Shown: piece after piece, positions 35,251-47,153 of the stretch
Numbering within the stretch: the first letter of the stretch is position 1
Layout of the letters: the number at the start of each line of letters is the position of its first letter
Source: Tubulanus polymorphus
Lineage: Eukaryota > Animalia > Nemertea
Reading direction: 5' to 3'
Assembly (NCBI RefSeq): GCF_964204645.1
Contig: NC_134028.1
Span: 18,607,653-18,671,652 of the forward strand
Length of the DNA stretch: 64,000 nt
Made by a program: the position numbers and the translations under genes
Notes under the pieces: generated by a model
What the model was told of the DNA's origin: nothing
Database searches by the model: none
The model's input: the letters and a program-made list of their open reading frames with translations, nothing else

Positions 35251-35472
35251 ATGAGTGATAATAAGTGGATAATAACTGGATTATATAATGGCGCATTACT
35301 ATCAGTTGGAACTGTTGGTTATTCAATGGTATTAAAAAAAGTATTTAAAATGGGAAGTGTTAATGTTGATAGATTTGATATAAATGATATTTTAAAATTA
35401 ACATTAGCAGTCACTTTATCTAATTCAACTATTGATTATTTGGAAAAACAAAAATATATTCCTCGCATATAA
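35251..35472 (+). CDS. Small hydrophobic Polinton protein, 73 aa
   Basis: Intact ORF with TAAATG start and two hydrophobic stretches. Confidence 0.75.
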   Translation: MSDNKWIITGLYNGALLSVGTVGYSMVLKKVFKMGSVNVDRFDINDILKLTLAVTLSNSTIDYLEKQKYIPRI

Positions 35473-35496
35473 ATGCATAATTATTTTACTGAATAA

Positions 35497-35919
35497 ATGG
35501 CTTCTGCAGTTATAACTATTATAGGATCGGCAATTGTTAACGCTTTAGCATTTACTGGTGGTGGTTATTTATTTAAGCATATTGATAAAAATGGATCATT
35601 AACAGAACAAAAAAGACATAACTTAGCATTAGAGAAATACAATAAAGCAGCAGAAGAATATAGAGAAAAGAGGCAAAACTATATGGATTACATCAATAAA
35701 GAATTATATGATCAGAAGATTTCACATAGAGATTTTCAATCAGTTGATGATGCAATGAGTTTATATAACGCAGTAACAAATAAAGAAAAATTACATCTAC
35801 ATAAACCTACAATATCAGATTATTATACCCCAAGTAAAGAACAACAGAAATATGAAATCATTTGGATTTTAGGCGGAACAGTTATTGTTATATTTGTTGC
35901 TTATAAGTTTACTAATTAG
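35497..35919 (+). CDS. Polinton membrane protein with hydrophobic ends and a central coiled coil
   Basis: MASAVITIIGSAIVNALAFTGG...EQKRHNLALE...C-terminal hydrophobic helix. Confidence 0.8.
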   Translation: MASAVITIIGSAIVNALAFTGGGYLFKHIDKNGSLTEQKRHNLALEKYNKAAEEYREKRQNYMDYINKELYDQKISHRDFQSVDDAMSLYNAVTNKEKLHLHKPTISDYYTPSKEQQKYEIIWILGGTVIVIFVAYKFTN

Positions 35920-35939
35920 TAATTTTTTTTGCTAAATAA

Positions 35940-36374
35940 ATGGATGATAAAGTTGATAATATTGATATTATTCCTCATGATATAAATAAAACTAAATTAA
36001 AAATATATTTAGAAAAACAAATATTAGAATTTGAAAATGATTTAAAAGTTAAAAAGAAAAAATATTTAAAAAGTAAAATTATATATTATTTGATTATAAG
36101 TGGTTCGGTTACAATTAGTTCTGTAATAACATTTCTAGCAATATTCAGTCCATTAACACCTTTAGCTATATCAATTGGTGTATTAGGTTTAAGTTCAAGT
36201 GTTTTAACTGGTATAAGTTCAAAATTAAATATAAAAAGTAATAAAGAAAAAATTAAAACTAATATAAAAGAAATTAATAAATTAAAGAATACACTAGATT
36301 ATATAATAAGTTTAAATGGCCATATAACAGTTGAAGAACAAGATAAATTATTAAAAGAATTAATAAATTATTAA
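35940..36374 (+). CDS. Polinton two-TM coiled-coil protein
   Basis: 144-aa intact ORF with a central hydrophobic hairpin. Confidence 0.75.
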   Translation: MDDKVDNIDIIPHDINKTKLKIYLEKQILEFENDLKVKKKKYLKSKIIYYLIISGSVTISSVITFLAIFSPLTPLAISIGVLGLSSSVLTGISSKLNIKSNKEKIKTNIKEINKLKNTLDYIISLNGHITVEEQDKLLKELINY

Positions 36375-36390
36375 TTTTTTAATTATATAA

Positions 36391-37724
36391 ATGGCAGATA
36401 GTTTTCCAAAAGCTTTCCAATATAATAAATCAATTAAATATAATATTCCAGCAATAGATTTTTAGATTTTAATAAAGATATTACATATAGAAATGAAGTT
36501 TTAAATTCATTAATTGATTTATATATTTATGTTACTGAAAGTAATAATTTTCATGTAAAGATGGAAAATATATTTCATGTGTATACAATTAATTTCAAAA
36601 ATTTAAATGAGGCAAAACAATGGTTATTAAAATCTGATATGAAGTATTGGCAGAACCAATTAAAATTTGCTGTTAATTGCGCAACAACAGGATGTGGAAT
36701 TAGTTGGAATGATCATTTAAACAAACCAAGTTTACCATTGATGTTATCACTTTTTAGATTTCATACATATTTTCAAATAAAATTAATATTAGATGAATTA
36801 GAATGTCCTTTACCAGGTTCAAAATATTTTAAAGAATTGAATAATAATATTAATTATTCTAAGTTTTATAAAATATGTAATGAATTTAATATTAATTCAA
36901 ATAAAGATTTTAGAGCAAAAATTGGAACAATGGGTGGACTAGGAATATTATATACTAAAGAATTTGGAAAAATAATGACAAATTCAGATATAAGAACACT
37001 AAATTGGAATGAATTACCAAAATATTATAATAATATACAACAACAAAACAATAATGGTTGGGTTTATTTTATTTTAGAAAATAGTGAAGGTTTTACTAAA
37101 GCTGGAATACAAAGAATAAATCAATCTATTAGAACTTATTTGATATGTATTTTAGGTGCGCAAGTTGAAACAAGATCCCCAATAATTGGAAATGATAACA
37201 CTTCATTCGATGCGCAAAAACAATTCAAAGTATTATTTGAAGATTCCATTCATAATGATAAAAATAGATCGATTCCAGAAAACATTGTAAGATATCAAAA
37301 TTATTTAGATAAATCACATATTAGATTAAATTATTGTATAGGCCCTAATATATTTATTATTTCTAATGATTTAGTATTAAAGATGGGAAACATAATTGGT
37401 TATAATAATCTAATTAAAACTGCAACAATAAATAATTCATTTGGATTAAATGATATAAATAAAAAGATTATTACTGCTCCAAAATTAATGGAAGGTGAAA
37501 AAAATAAAAAACATATTCAATCAACAGAAACTAAAACTAAGAATATTAAATTAAATAATGATTCTAAAACAAAAGATTACAATACATCAGAAAATATTAG
37601 AACTGATAATATTCAACATGATATAATTAAACTAAATGATGATAATAAATCCCATGAAAATGCTAAATTAGCTTTAACTTGTATAGGAATTGTTATAGGA
37701 GGAATATTATATTTTAAATTTTAA
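36391..37724 (+). pseudogene. Conserved Polinton protein with C-terminal TM anchor (5' frameshift)
   Basis: TAAATG start at 36391, main ORF 36561-37724; homolog at 62770-64000. Confidence 0.75.
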
Positions 37725-37739
37725 TTTTTTATTATGTAA

Positions 37740-39201
37740 ATGGATGTAAAAGGTGGAGAAGATATTGGAATGGAAGGCACGGGAAATAATAATGAAGGAT
37801 ATATTGATAATGAACCACAACCTGATTTTAATGAAACTAATATTAATAATGATGAGGAATCAGCATATAATTCTAATTTAGCAGATAGTTGTTCTAAAGC
37901 CACATCAACAGAAGAACATGATAGAAGAACTATATCGAGAATACCTACTGAAAATTTAGACCCAGGTTTAGTAAAAAAAGGAATAGATTATAATGAATAT
38001 ATTTATAATTTCAAACCTGCATTTGAAAGATCTGGGTATAATATAAGTAATAGAGATGCTGAAGTGTTAGTAGAAAAATTAAAACTTTTTAAAGGTAAAT
38101 ATTATTATCGTTTGGATGGTGATTATTATATTGATATCACTAATCAAAAGACAAAACTAAATAAAATATTAGCGGAATCAACTTTGAGAAAATTAGAACC
38201 AGATAAAATTAAAAGAATAAGTATTAGTAATGAAATAACTGATGTTCCACAAGAAGAAAGAGATGATAATATAAGAGTATTTAGTGAAAGAATTGATGAC
38301 TTATTAAAAATAATCAATAAAAATTCAGAAACAGAAACAACTTCTGAACAGAATAAAACTTCCAAAACTAGTAAACTTAAATCAAATAAAGTTCCAATTG
38401 AAAAACTTTTACCGAATGGACTAATTGATGCAACAGATCAAGAATTAGAAGATTTAGATATATTTTCTGATAAAGCAATTAGAGAAATTGAAAGTATAAG
38501 ACTTGCATCTGATAAAATTGCGCATGATAAAAGTATAAGATATATTAAAATTAGAACTTTAGAAAAAGAATTAACTGATAAAAATAAAGAAATAGGACAA
38601 CTAAAATTAGATAGAGATAATAAAGTTATTGAAGAAATCGAATTTAAAAAAAGAAATGCATATTTAGAAAAAGAAAAAGATGAATATAACAAAGAATTAC
38701 AAAAAGAAGAAATTAAATTATTATTAAAATCATATGATTATAATATAAATAGATTAAAAGTTATTTTTAAAGATTTGTTGATTAAACCAGATTCTGAAAT
38801 ATCATTGAAAGATAGAATAAAAATTGTTATTTAAATTAGAAGGAATAACAATTCTTTCAATTCTAACATCTGTAACTATGGTATTTACAACAATAGGTTT
38901 AGCTATATCAAATGCTTTGAAATCTACTCCTACTCCCAATAAACCAGATAAACCCCCGAATGATAATAATTCTATACAAGATAAAGTTAAAGATGGTTTA
39001 AAGAAATTAGCAAAATATTTATGGGAACTATCTAAAAAATCTGCTGCAGCTTTACCAGGAATTATTGCATCAATTGTTGGTTTTATATTGAAATCTGCAG
39101 GAAACATTATTAACTTTGCTGCTGAACATATTATTTTATTTTTAATTACAGTTGTAAGTGCAATTATTTTTGGGTTAGTAAACATGATAAAAAATAAATG
39201 A
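37740..39201 (+). pseudogene. Coiled-coil protein with C-terminal TM segments (frameshift at ~38825)
   Basis: Copy 2 reads through the junction as ISLKDRIKLLFKLEG (61132-61554), so 37740-38834 and 38824-39201 are one gene. Confidence 0.8.
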
Positions 39202-39221
39202 TTAATTTTTTTGTTAAATAA

Positions 39222-40468
39222 ATGAGCGGGAGTTATATCAATCCTTCTAAGAATCATAGATATCTAATGCTATTAAAGCAGAAAGATTACATCATATAAT
39301 TACTCATAACCCTTCTAATATTAATCCCGATGAAACTTTATATGTTAGAATTCCTCGATTAACACAAAATACTTTTTATGTTCCAAATAGTATTTATTTA
39401 TCAGCCGATATAAAAGTAATCGGTAATAATAATAATTATGTTGTTGATAATGTTGGAAGATATTTGATTAAAAAATTAACGATAAAGATTGGTCCAGAAA
39501 CAGTTTTTTCATTAGATGATTATAATTTATTTATGCATTATAAAGATTTATGGTTAACTAAAGAAAATAGAAATAATATGATATTTCAAGGAATCCAATC
39601 AGAAAACCAAAATAAATTAAGATCTGAAGCTAATAATGCAATATTAACTAATTCTATAGATAAATTGATAAAAAGTATATATGGAAGCAAATATAAAATT
39701 CCATTAGACTTTGAATTGATAAATAACAATGCACCTTTATATAAATACGCAATTCAAGAAGATGTTATATTCGAAATAACATTTGCTCCTGTAAATGAAG
39801 TTGTATTATCTAGCGTTAATAAAGATATGAGTTATAAATTATCGAATATATGTTTAGAATATGATACGGTAACTGATGAAAATATTTCAAGTATAATTCA
39901 AACTAAATACAATCAAGGATTTTCATTATTATATGATTATATTGATAAATTTAAAACTGTAACTATTAATGCAAATGATGAAATAATTAATGAGAATATT
40001 AACTTCCCAAGAAGATCTATTAAAGGTATATTAATATTTTTTACCATTGCAACATATACTAATGGCGCAATAAATGTTGATGATCATTATAATCCTGAAA
40101 TAACAAAAGTAGAAATAACTATCGAAGGAATAGCAAATAAAATATTTTGTCAAGGAATAAGAATGATAGATCAATGGCCAGAAATTAGAAAACATTTTAT
40201 GAATGAAAAAGTAAAATCATCTGAAAATTGTAATATTAATCAAATTGATTATTATACCGGTAATAAATATGCATTATGGTTAGATTTTAGAACAACAGAG
40301 GATAATTCATTACATGGTTCTGGAAAAAAATTACAAAACACTAAAGATGGAATACAATTATTCATGACAAAGAATAAAGGAATCAAAAATTTTAAAATGC
40401 ACATTTATATTATATCTGACGCGCAATTAAATATTGTAAATTCTCAATTGAATAGTGTTATGTATTAA
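39222..40468 (+). pseudogene. Major capsid protein (double jelly-roll, Polinton type); frameshift near the 5' end
   Basis: HNPSNINPDETLYVRIPRL, VDNVGR, YKLSNICLEYD, NINFPRRSIKGIL, YNPEITKVEITIEG, LWLDFR..DNSLHGSG; about 415 aa, beta-rich, inside the Polinton structural cluster. Confidence 0.8.
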
Positions 40469-40489
40469 AATTTTAACTTTAATAAAAAT

Positions 40490-41011
40490 TTATAGAATAA
40501 ATGGAAGGAGGTAAAGTATATAAACATATTCCATACATCGAAACACATGAAAATAATGATGGTTTATATTATGTAATACCTTGTAATATAGCTTTGATAT
40601 CTTATCTGGAATAGCTTCTTTAAATATTGATTTAAAAGCATTTGTAACTTCTATTCCAGTTTTATTTTTGATTGGAATTGAGCATGCGTACCTACTGAAT
40701 ATGTCTATAACATTCAGTATCCAGAAATATCCTTTGTTGTGTTCTTCTAAGTTCTTCATGTCAATTAAATCAGCTTGCCATTGTTGATCGATATATGAAA
40801 CCATAACTTTTCTTGTTAAATAAGTTTTATCCATTTTCTTGTGAATTTGATACGTTGGTTGATTTTGTAACCATGATTTTAATTCACTATATTTTATATC
40901 ACCATTTTCATTATCAGATTTAATTTTATTCCATAATTCTGAAACGTTAGAATATGATACTTCACTTTCTGGATTGTAATATAAATCTCTTAAATATTGT
41001 TCTTTTTTCAT
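40490..41011 (-). pseudogene. Polinton retroviral-type integrase, 3' truncated
   Basis: LYYNP, WLQNQPTY, QWQADLIDM, VIDIFSRYA, KNKTG; homology to copy 2 stops at PDKI, before the second catalytic Asp. Confidence 0.9.
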
Positions 41012-41017
41012 CTTCTT

Positions 41018-41356
41018 TTAATCCTTTATTAATAATTTAGAATTAGTTTCAATGACTTTATGATTTGACTTATTTTCTGGTATAATAGGTTTATTGTCAT
41101 TGGAATCATCTTTATCATCAGATTTGAATTTTGATTTATATATTACACCGAATAATATAATAACTGTTACTAATCCAATTGTAATATATAATTTATAATT
41201 ACTTCCAGCATTATTTGAATCAATATCAGGTGATTCGTTTATATCAGTTAATTTCTTTTTCTTAGCTTTTTTTAATTCTGAAGATCTTTTACCTAATTCT
41301 CTTGCCCATTTAATTTGTTTCTCGGATCTAGCCTTTTTCTTAACTCCATCACTCAT
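41018..41356 (-). CDS. Small basic protein with one TM segment
   Basis: 112-aa intact ORF; RSEKQIKW; LYITIGLVTVIILFGVIY. Confidence 0.7.
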   Translation of the reverse strand: MSDGVKKKARSEKQIKWARELGKRSSELKKAKKKKLTDINESPDIDSNNAGSNYKLYITIGLVTVIILFGVIYKSKFKSDDKDDSNDNKPIIPENKSNHKVIETNSKLLIKD

Positions 41357-41951
41357 TTATTTTAGTTAATTTTTGTTCTGATTCATTTTCGGTTTCACTG
41401 TTTGGTTGTAGTACATCTGTTTCGTTCTTACCTGATTTATATTCCATAGGTTTGATATTCGAAAATGTAATGACGCCAGTAGAAATTAATGTCATAACCG
41501 ATCCTAATTGAAATGAAGCATATCCAACCCATTTTTGTAATTCAGTCATAACTAAGTAGTCATTTTTCAAATCACTATATAATTTATTTTCATCATCAAT
41601 TGGTATTAACTGGTTACATAACTTAGAATAACATTTGACAATACCATCTGAAATAGAATCATTTATTCGGGCTAATCTTGCCTCTTCATAAATCTTAAAA
41701 TATTTTATTACTTTATCTGGTTTCATAGCATCTAATTCTTGAAAAGTAATAATTCTATTTAAAAACTCTTTAGTTTTTCCACCGGCAATCAATAGTTCTA
41801 GATGATGCTTACAATATAAATAGTATTCATAATCTATATTACAATTAACTTGAGCACAATTAGTTTCAACTGTATCTTTATTATCACTTATACCAAAATC
41901 ATCTAATGTTTTTTCAATATCAATACTATTCTTATTAGATTTCTTTGACAT
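41349..41951 (-). CDS. Polinton hypothetical protein, 200 aa
   Basis: Intact ORF with TAAATG start, overlapping the next gene. Confidence 0.75.
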   Translation of the reverse strand: MSKKSNKNSIDIEKTLDDFGISDNKDTVETNCAQVNCNIDYEYYLYCKHHLELLIAGGKTKEFLNRIITFQELDAMKPDKVIKYFKIYEEARLARINDSISDGIVKCYSKLCNQLIPIDDENKLYSDLKNDYLVMTELQKWVGYASFQLGSVMTLISTGVITFSNIKPMEYKSGKNETDVLQPNSETENESEQKLTKINE

Positions 41952-42368
41952 TTATATTAGAGAAAAAAAGCAAAAAAAATATTATAAGTATTCTTCAAAT
42001 GATACTAGCTAGTTAAAGCTAAAGAATTCTAGTATTGACTACTGATACTAGCTATTTGAATTTAAAGAATTTCTATTTGAATCTATTCAAAATATAAAGT
42101 ATTCTCTTTTTGAAAAGAAAATATTAAAAATATAATAGAATTCATTAGCAGTTGAAGTTATTGTTTTTTTATTATATTTTATTTAAATTAGGATTTAATA
42201 TCTCACTACTATTGTCTATCTATTAGGAGCAGTAATTATAACTGTCCAGATAAGTCATTTCGGATCCTCGATAATAAATCCTCAAACTGAAAATAAATTC
42301 AAAGAAACGACTGGCGGAATTACTATTTCATAAACACATGTATTTATTATACAAATTTTAGCGATCGA

Positions 42369-42557
42369 TAATAGAACAATGGAGAACAATAGAAAAGCGG
42401 TCCAATCGGACCGGTTATTGCGCAATACACAGTTAACAGTAAACAATCAATACAGAACAACCGCCGCCATTAACAACGATCAATAATAGAACAATGGAGA
42501 ACAATAGAAAAGCGGTTCAATCGGACCGGTTATTGCGCAATACTTAGTTAACAGTAA
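42369..42557. repeat. Tandem duplication, period about 114 bp
   Basis: ataatagaacaatggagaacaatagaaaagcggt(c/t)caatcggaccggttattgcgcaatac occurs twice. Confidence 0.85.
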
Positions 42558-42631
42558 TCAATACAATATTAAAACAGATATATACAATCGAGATTATATT
42601 TTTTGATATCTAAGACCTTCAGTGTTATAAT

Positions 42632-43099
42632 TTATAATTTTGTCCAGAATTCTTTAATTACTGGATTGTTTCCAATCATTTCTTCAATTTCTGGTAAATA
42701 TCTGACTACTTCACTAACTGCTAATCCTAATATTTTGAATTTTTCATATTTTATTAATCTACCTACTCTTCTCAGTTTTCTTTCAAAACCGGCACTGATA
42801 TATCCACTCATTTTCTTAGTTTTCGATTCTTTGAGTCCCAACAGCAATTTAAGTCGCGTTGCTGGTAATTTTGGTAATTGTAGTTCGCGCGGTAATTGTT
42901 TATTATGTATAACATCACTCAGAATTTTCACCATTTCTTGATGATAGTCCAAATGTTCTTGTAATTTTTGTGAAGTTTGTTCGTCACTTACGAGAGTTTT
43001 ATCCTCCATTTCTATTGATTCCTGTGTTTCACTATCCGTCGTTTCTGGTTCCTCATCCGTTGGTTGGCTTGGAATTTCTGGTTGATCTCTGTATTCCAT
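42632..43099 (-). CDS. Hypothetical protein, acidic N-terminus and basic C-terminus
   Basis: 155-aa intact ORF inside the Polinton. Confidence 0.6.
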   Translation of the reverse strand: MEYRDQPEIPSQPTDEEPETTDSETQESIEMEDKTLVSDEQTSQKLQEHLDYHQEMVKILSDVIHNKQLPRELQLPKLPATRLKLLLGLKESKTKKMSGYISAGFERKLRRVGRLIKYEKFKILGLAVSEVVRYLPEIEEMIGNNPVIKEFWTKL

Positions 43100-43446
43100 T
43101 TTAATCTAAAAGATGTCGTGAAAATGAATTACTGTCCTTAAATATGTTTAAAGGTTTCCCTACTTAATAATAACTACAAAAACGGTACTTACATTTAGAT
43201 TTAGAACTGTAAACTGTGTTTTGAGAGAGAATATCCAATGCCTACTATGTATGTGAAAGTTGATTTCTAACTGCCGACGTGGCGCACGTTCGACAAAACT
43301 AATTATTTCTGCACAGATGTTCTTTGTGATGAAGTTAATTAATTCTTTAGAATTGAAAACAAGATATATTTGGCAACATATGTTTTAGCAGTAAGCAAAA
43401 GCTATGTATTATAGACATACAAAGCTCAAATAGAATTGCCAGCTTT

Positions 43447-44046
43447 CTAACCACTGATTACAACCTCAGAATGCGGTTGATTCTGTGAAATACTATTCCA
43501 TAATTCAACAAATGTCTTTGCTTTATCCAGTTGATCTAAATATAACTGTAAATCTAGTTTATTAGATTTAATTATGTTTTCCTTCTTTTCTAAAGGTCTT
43601 AGATTCTTCCAATTCCAAATAAGTTTTTTATTGTATTCATCATTCATGTCAAATTTAGAAATCGGCAACACGTGATCAATATGAAAGTATTCACCATAAT
43701 TATCTATATTCATTTTATCATCGAATTGATATATTATCCATGATTTGAGAAATTCATCTGAACAACCCAACAAACTAGATAATGTTTCTGAATGTGTTTC
43801 TTTGTTGAATAATTGTGTTAGTCTAGATCTTAAACATTGTTTCAATCTAAAATTAAGATCTGTTTTATATCTTTCTCTCATATATTCTGCCATATAATAA
43901 TTATAATGTTCTATATTATCTTCTCGATATTGTTTGGTATATAGTTTAGTACAAGTTTTACAGCAATATTGAAAACCATCTTTGCTAATCTTACGCTTAC
44001 TAAATTCTGTTAAAGCTAATTTATCTAATTCACATTTAGAACACTT
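43447..44046 (-). pseudogene. HNH endonuclease with N-terminal Cys4 zinc finger, 5' truncated
   Basis: CSKC...DGFQYCCKTC upstream in frame; LLGCS, NYGEYFHIDHVLPIS, NWKNLRPL..ENIIKSNK. Confidence 0.8.
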
Positions 44047-46240
44047 CTACGAGTTACCGATCCCTACAATTAAGAAATACGTTCCGATCTCTAGATGCAC
44101 CAATACTTCCGCGGCTTGCGAAATATTCAATAAGGCTATAGATACAATTGATACTGAACGAGCTCGATGTTTGAACTATATCGGTGACTTAGTCAAAACT
44201 GTTCACAAGCTGGTTCCCCATTCAGAGCAACCAACCAAAGGCAGCCGTTCTAAACGTGGACTTCTTAATTTTATCGGTGACATTTCTAAAACGCTTTTTG
44301 GCACAGCAACTTCAGACGATTTAAATAGGGTAGTAGCGAAAGTTAATTCCATCGTGTCAAAAGTTAACAGGCAACATGATGCGGTCGAACATTGGCAGGG
44401 ACACATGGCATCATACATTGTAAGTGTCAATAAACGTCTAACTAATGCTATGTCGGCCATCAAAACAAACAATCATATGATACAACAGGTGCAGAATGAA
44501 GTAGAATCAATCTATAATATGGAAATGACTAGTTCACAAATGTATAGTCTTCTGTTCACTACTCTAAGTAATTCACATCTTATCACGACATCTATAAATC
44601 AGTTTCATGAAGGTATTCGCCAATTGGTTTCTGGAAAGATTCCACCGAGTCTAATCTCACCACATGTCTTGAAAGGGACTATAAATCATGTTCAAAAACT
44701 CGTAGCTTCTTATGGTAAGATGCATGTTGCCATTACGGACGTACACTATTATTTCCCGGAAGCTTCATTCTTTTACACTAGACGACAGGATAGCAATTTC
44801 TTAACTATTAAGTTGCCTCTTTCATACTTTCGGTACCCTTTACAATTATTTCAAATTCAAACATTTCCCGTGCCTATCAACAGCACGTCGAATTACGGCA
44901 CTAAATTAGTAAGCCATGCTGATGACCTGGCGCTTTCGAATGATTACTCTTATTATGCCCTCTTAACTACAAGCGAACTACTTTCTTGTGAAGCCACCAG
45001 TACTAAGGTGTCACACTAGTGTTCCTGTTAAGCCGGCCACAGCAGGATCTTGTGAATATGCTGTATTCGCAGACGATAAGATAATGGTGGAAAAGTTGTG
45101 CAATTTCAACGTTTTACCCAATGCCATTTATTCAAATATTCGGCCATTAGAATCATCCGCCATATTAATTACACGGGTATCGCATATCAATCGACTATGT
45201 AAAAACAAGAAAAAGCACATTATTGGATGTGACTTCTGTGAATTAAGGGTGCCTTGTGGGTGCGCCGTTACCACGGAACGTCTTGTCATTCCACCGCGTA
45301 TGTCAAGTTGCAATGGTTCCTCGACCGAACCACAGATACTTCACCCCGTCAATTTAGCGTTGATACAAGAATTTTTTACAACCGGTACTCATTCAACAAT
45401 ATTTGGTGGAACCACCTTTTCGAAACCCATAGATATGAAGTTACCAAACCTTAACATCTTCAATCATCGATTTTCTCATATTCTTGGTACAGATGACAAA
45501 ATCGCTATGAATTTGAAAGTATTGGCTAATGCAACTCGCCATGACCAATCGGTGTATCATTCACTGACAGAAGGCCTGCTGGACGGGGCTATTGCATTGC
45601 CGGCTCAATGGCCCACGTCATTAAGTGATATCATTGGATTGGCAGCGCTTCCGTTGTCCAGTGTTGTTTCCATTGTTTTATTCATTACTTGCAAAAAGCT
45701 ACGCACGCACAAAAAGCTATTGCCACCGCACCACCGACGACGACTCCCATTAATTACTTAGGTATTAGCTCTTTGGAAATATTATTATATACCACCATCC
45801 TTTTACAGGTTATCATATTACTGTATTGCTTTTTCAAAAAAGCATTACGTCGTGGAAATGAGACTCGTATTCTTTTGGAGGTTACTTGTGGTTCTCATAG
45901 TGTTATAGTGCCACTTATGACACTATCTATGTGTCCGTCGCATTGGCACATCATACCACCCTTAAGGATATCAAATCTACAGATTATGGGGTGTTGGATG
46001 CCTGAATTACATATTGATATTGCTGACATAGCGGTTATAAGTCGTTCCAATAATAAGGCTATGGTCATACCTAAATATTTCAAACTATCTATACATCAAG
46101 CGTTCATATTAAAGAAAATATTACGTCACCCGTTTGCCACGAATGTGATTATTGAGCACCAAAAACGTGTAACTCCATTGCTTACTGTACCACAGATGGA
46201 CCATCCTCCATCATACCCAGGCCTACCTGCCTCGGTATAA
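44047..46240 (+). pseudogene. env: Envelope fusion protein (baculovirus F/errantivirus Env-like), 5' truncated, two frameshifts
   Basis: Furin site RSKR followed by GLLNFIGDISKTLFGTAT, heptad region, Cys-rich CDFC..VPCGC, TM segments; lies before the PPT and LTR. Confidence 0.88.
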
Positions 46241-46338
46241 ATTAAGCTGTCGATGTATCCTTATTCTTGTATATACACTAAATTACTGTTATTCTATTAT
46301 GTATGTAATATAGACTTTTCAGGAGAAAAGTTTTTTTT

Positions 46339-46351
46339 AGGCGAGGGGGTG
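46339..46351 (+). promoter_or_regulatory. Polypurine tract
   Basis: AGGCGAGGGGGTG directly before the 3' LTR. Confidence 0.8.
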
Positions 46352-47153
46352 TATCATGCGGTACTTTACACAGCCATACTTTATATCTATTTAGTCTGAT
46401 TTTGGCTTATAATGTTATGTATTTAAAATAATGAAATGTCTTAATTTGTCATAGTTAATGTTATATCATAAACATATATTCCATATATTGTATCTATAAA
46501 CTTAGTAACAGTTTTGTGTCAAACATTAATTAGCACCTGCAATTACTATAATCCCACAAACCTGTGTTGCAAATTGGTGTCTGACACTCAACAATTTAAG
46601 AGTAGTTATTCTCATGTTATATTAATGCCAACATGTCTAAACTGTGAGATACATGTCTAGCAAGTATTGTTTATTTAGTAACTATGGATAATCAACTATC
46701 AAACTTATGTCTTAGCTAGTTCTCAGCAGATGGGTATAAATACCCATGGAATGGAACTGCAGTCATTCTATTCTGCTGACAATATACTACATGAACGAGA
46801 CCTCTGAGTTGCTCTTTATTTAATTCAAGGTAAGCCATTTTTATGTCATGTGACCTGAACTCTGGAGATTGTATTAGAGGCATGTTTTGGAGAAATAATC
46901 ATTTAATATATTTCTTCAAATGTGCTTTTGATGTATTATACAGAGTCAGATCTATTAGTGGTTAAATCTAGCTATTGCTTGTAATAAAATATCATATTTT
47001 AAGCGTCAAATACTATTGCTTTTATAAATATTAAAATATGTAACTTGTAATTATTATAATATTGATTCTATTCTGCTGACAATATACTACATGAACGAGA
47101 CCTCTGAGTTGCTCTTTATTTAATTCAAGGACCGAGAAAACAACGGCATCATA
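46352..47153 (+). repeat. 3' LTR, 802 bp, with an extra 300 bp bounded by a 66-bp direct repeat
   Basis: Repeat copies at 46765-46830 and 47065-47130. Confidence 0.92.

Larger units (their letters stand above)
24984..44046 (+). mobile_element. Polinton/Maverick (adintovirus-like endogenous DNA virus), copy 1; internal deletions, right end lost
   Basis: 5'-AGT terminus, protein-primed PolB, penton-like and major capsid-like genes, retroviral-type integrase; very AT-rich with intronless, tightly packed ORFs. Confidence 0.93.
23634..47153 (+). mobile_element. Env-carrying LTR retroelement (errantivirus-like Gypsy); pol deleted; hosts a Polinton
   Basis: LTRs 23634-24135 and 46352-47153, TSD CGAG (23630-23633, 47154-47157), PBS, PPT, gag fragment, env. 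Confidence 0.9.

Noticed and set aside
43982-44046. N-terminus or signal peptide of the env ORF
   Set aside because: It is the antisense strand of the Polinton HNH gene fused by a deletion, and the ORF starts at a non-ATG codon.
44047-46240. Env as a native Polinton gene
   Set aside because: Base composition shifts at the junction, and the gene is followed by the PPT and LTR of the retroelement.
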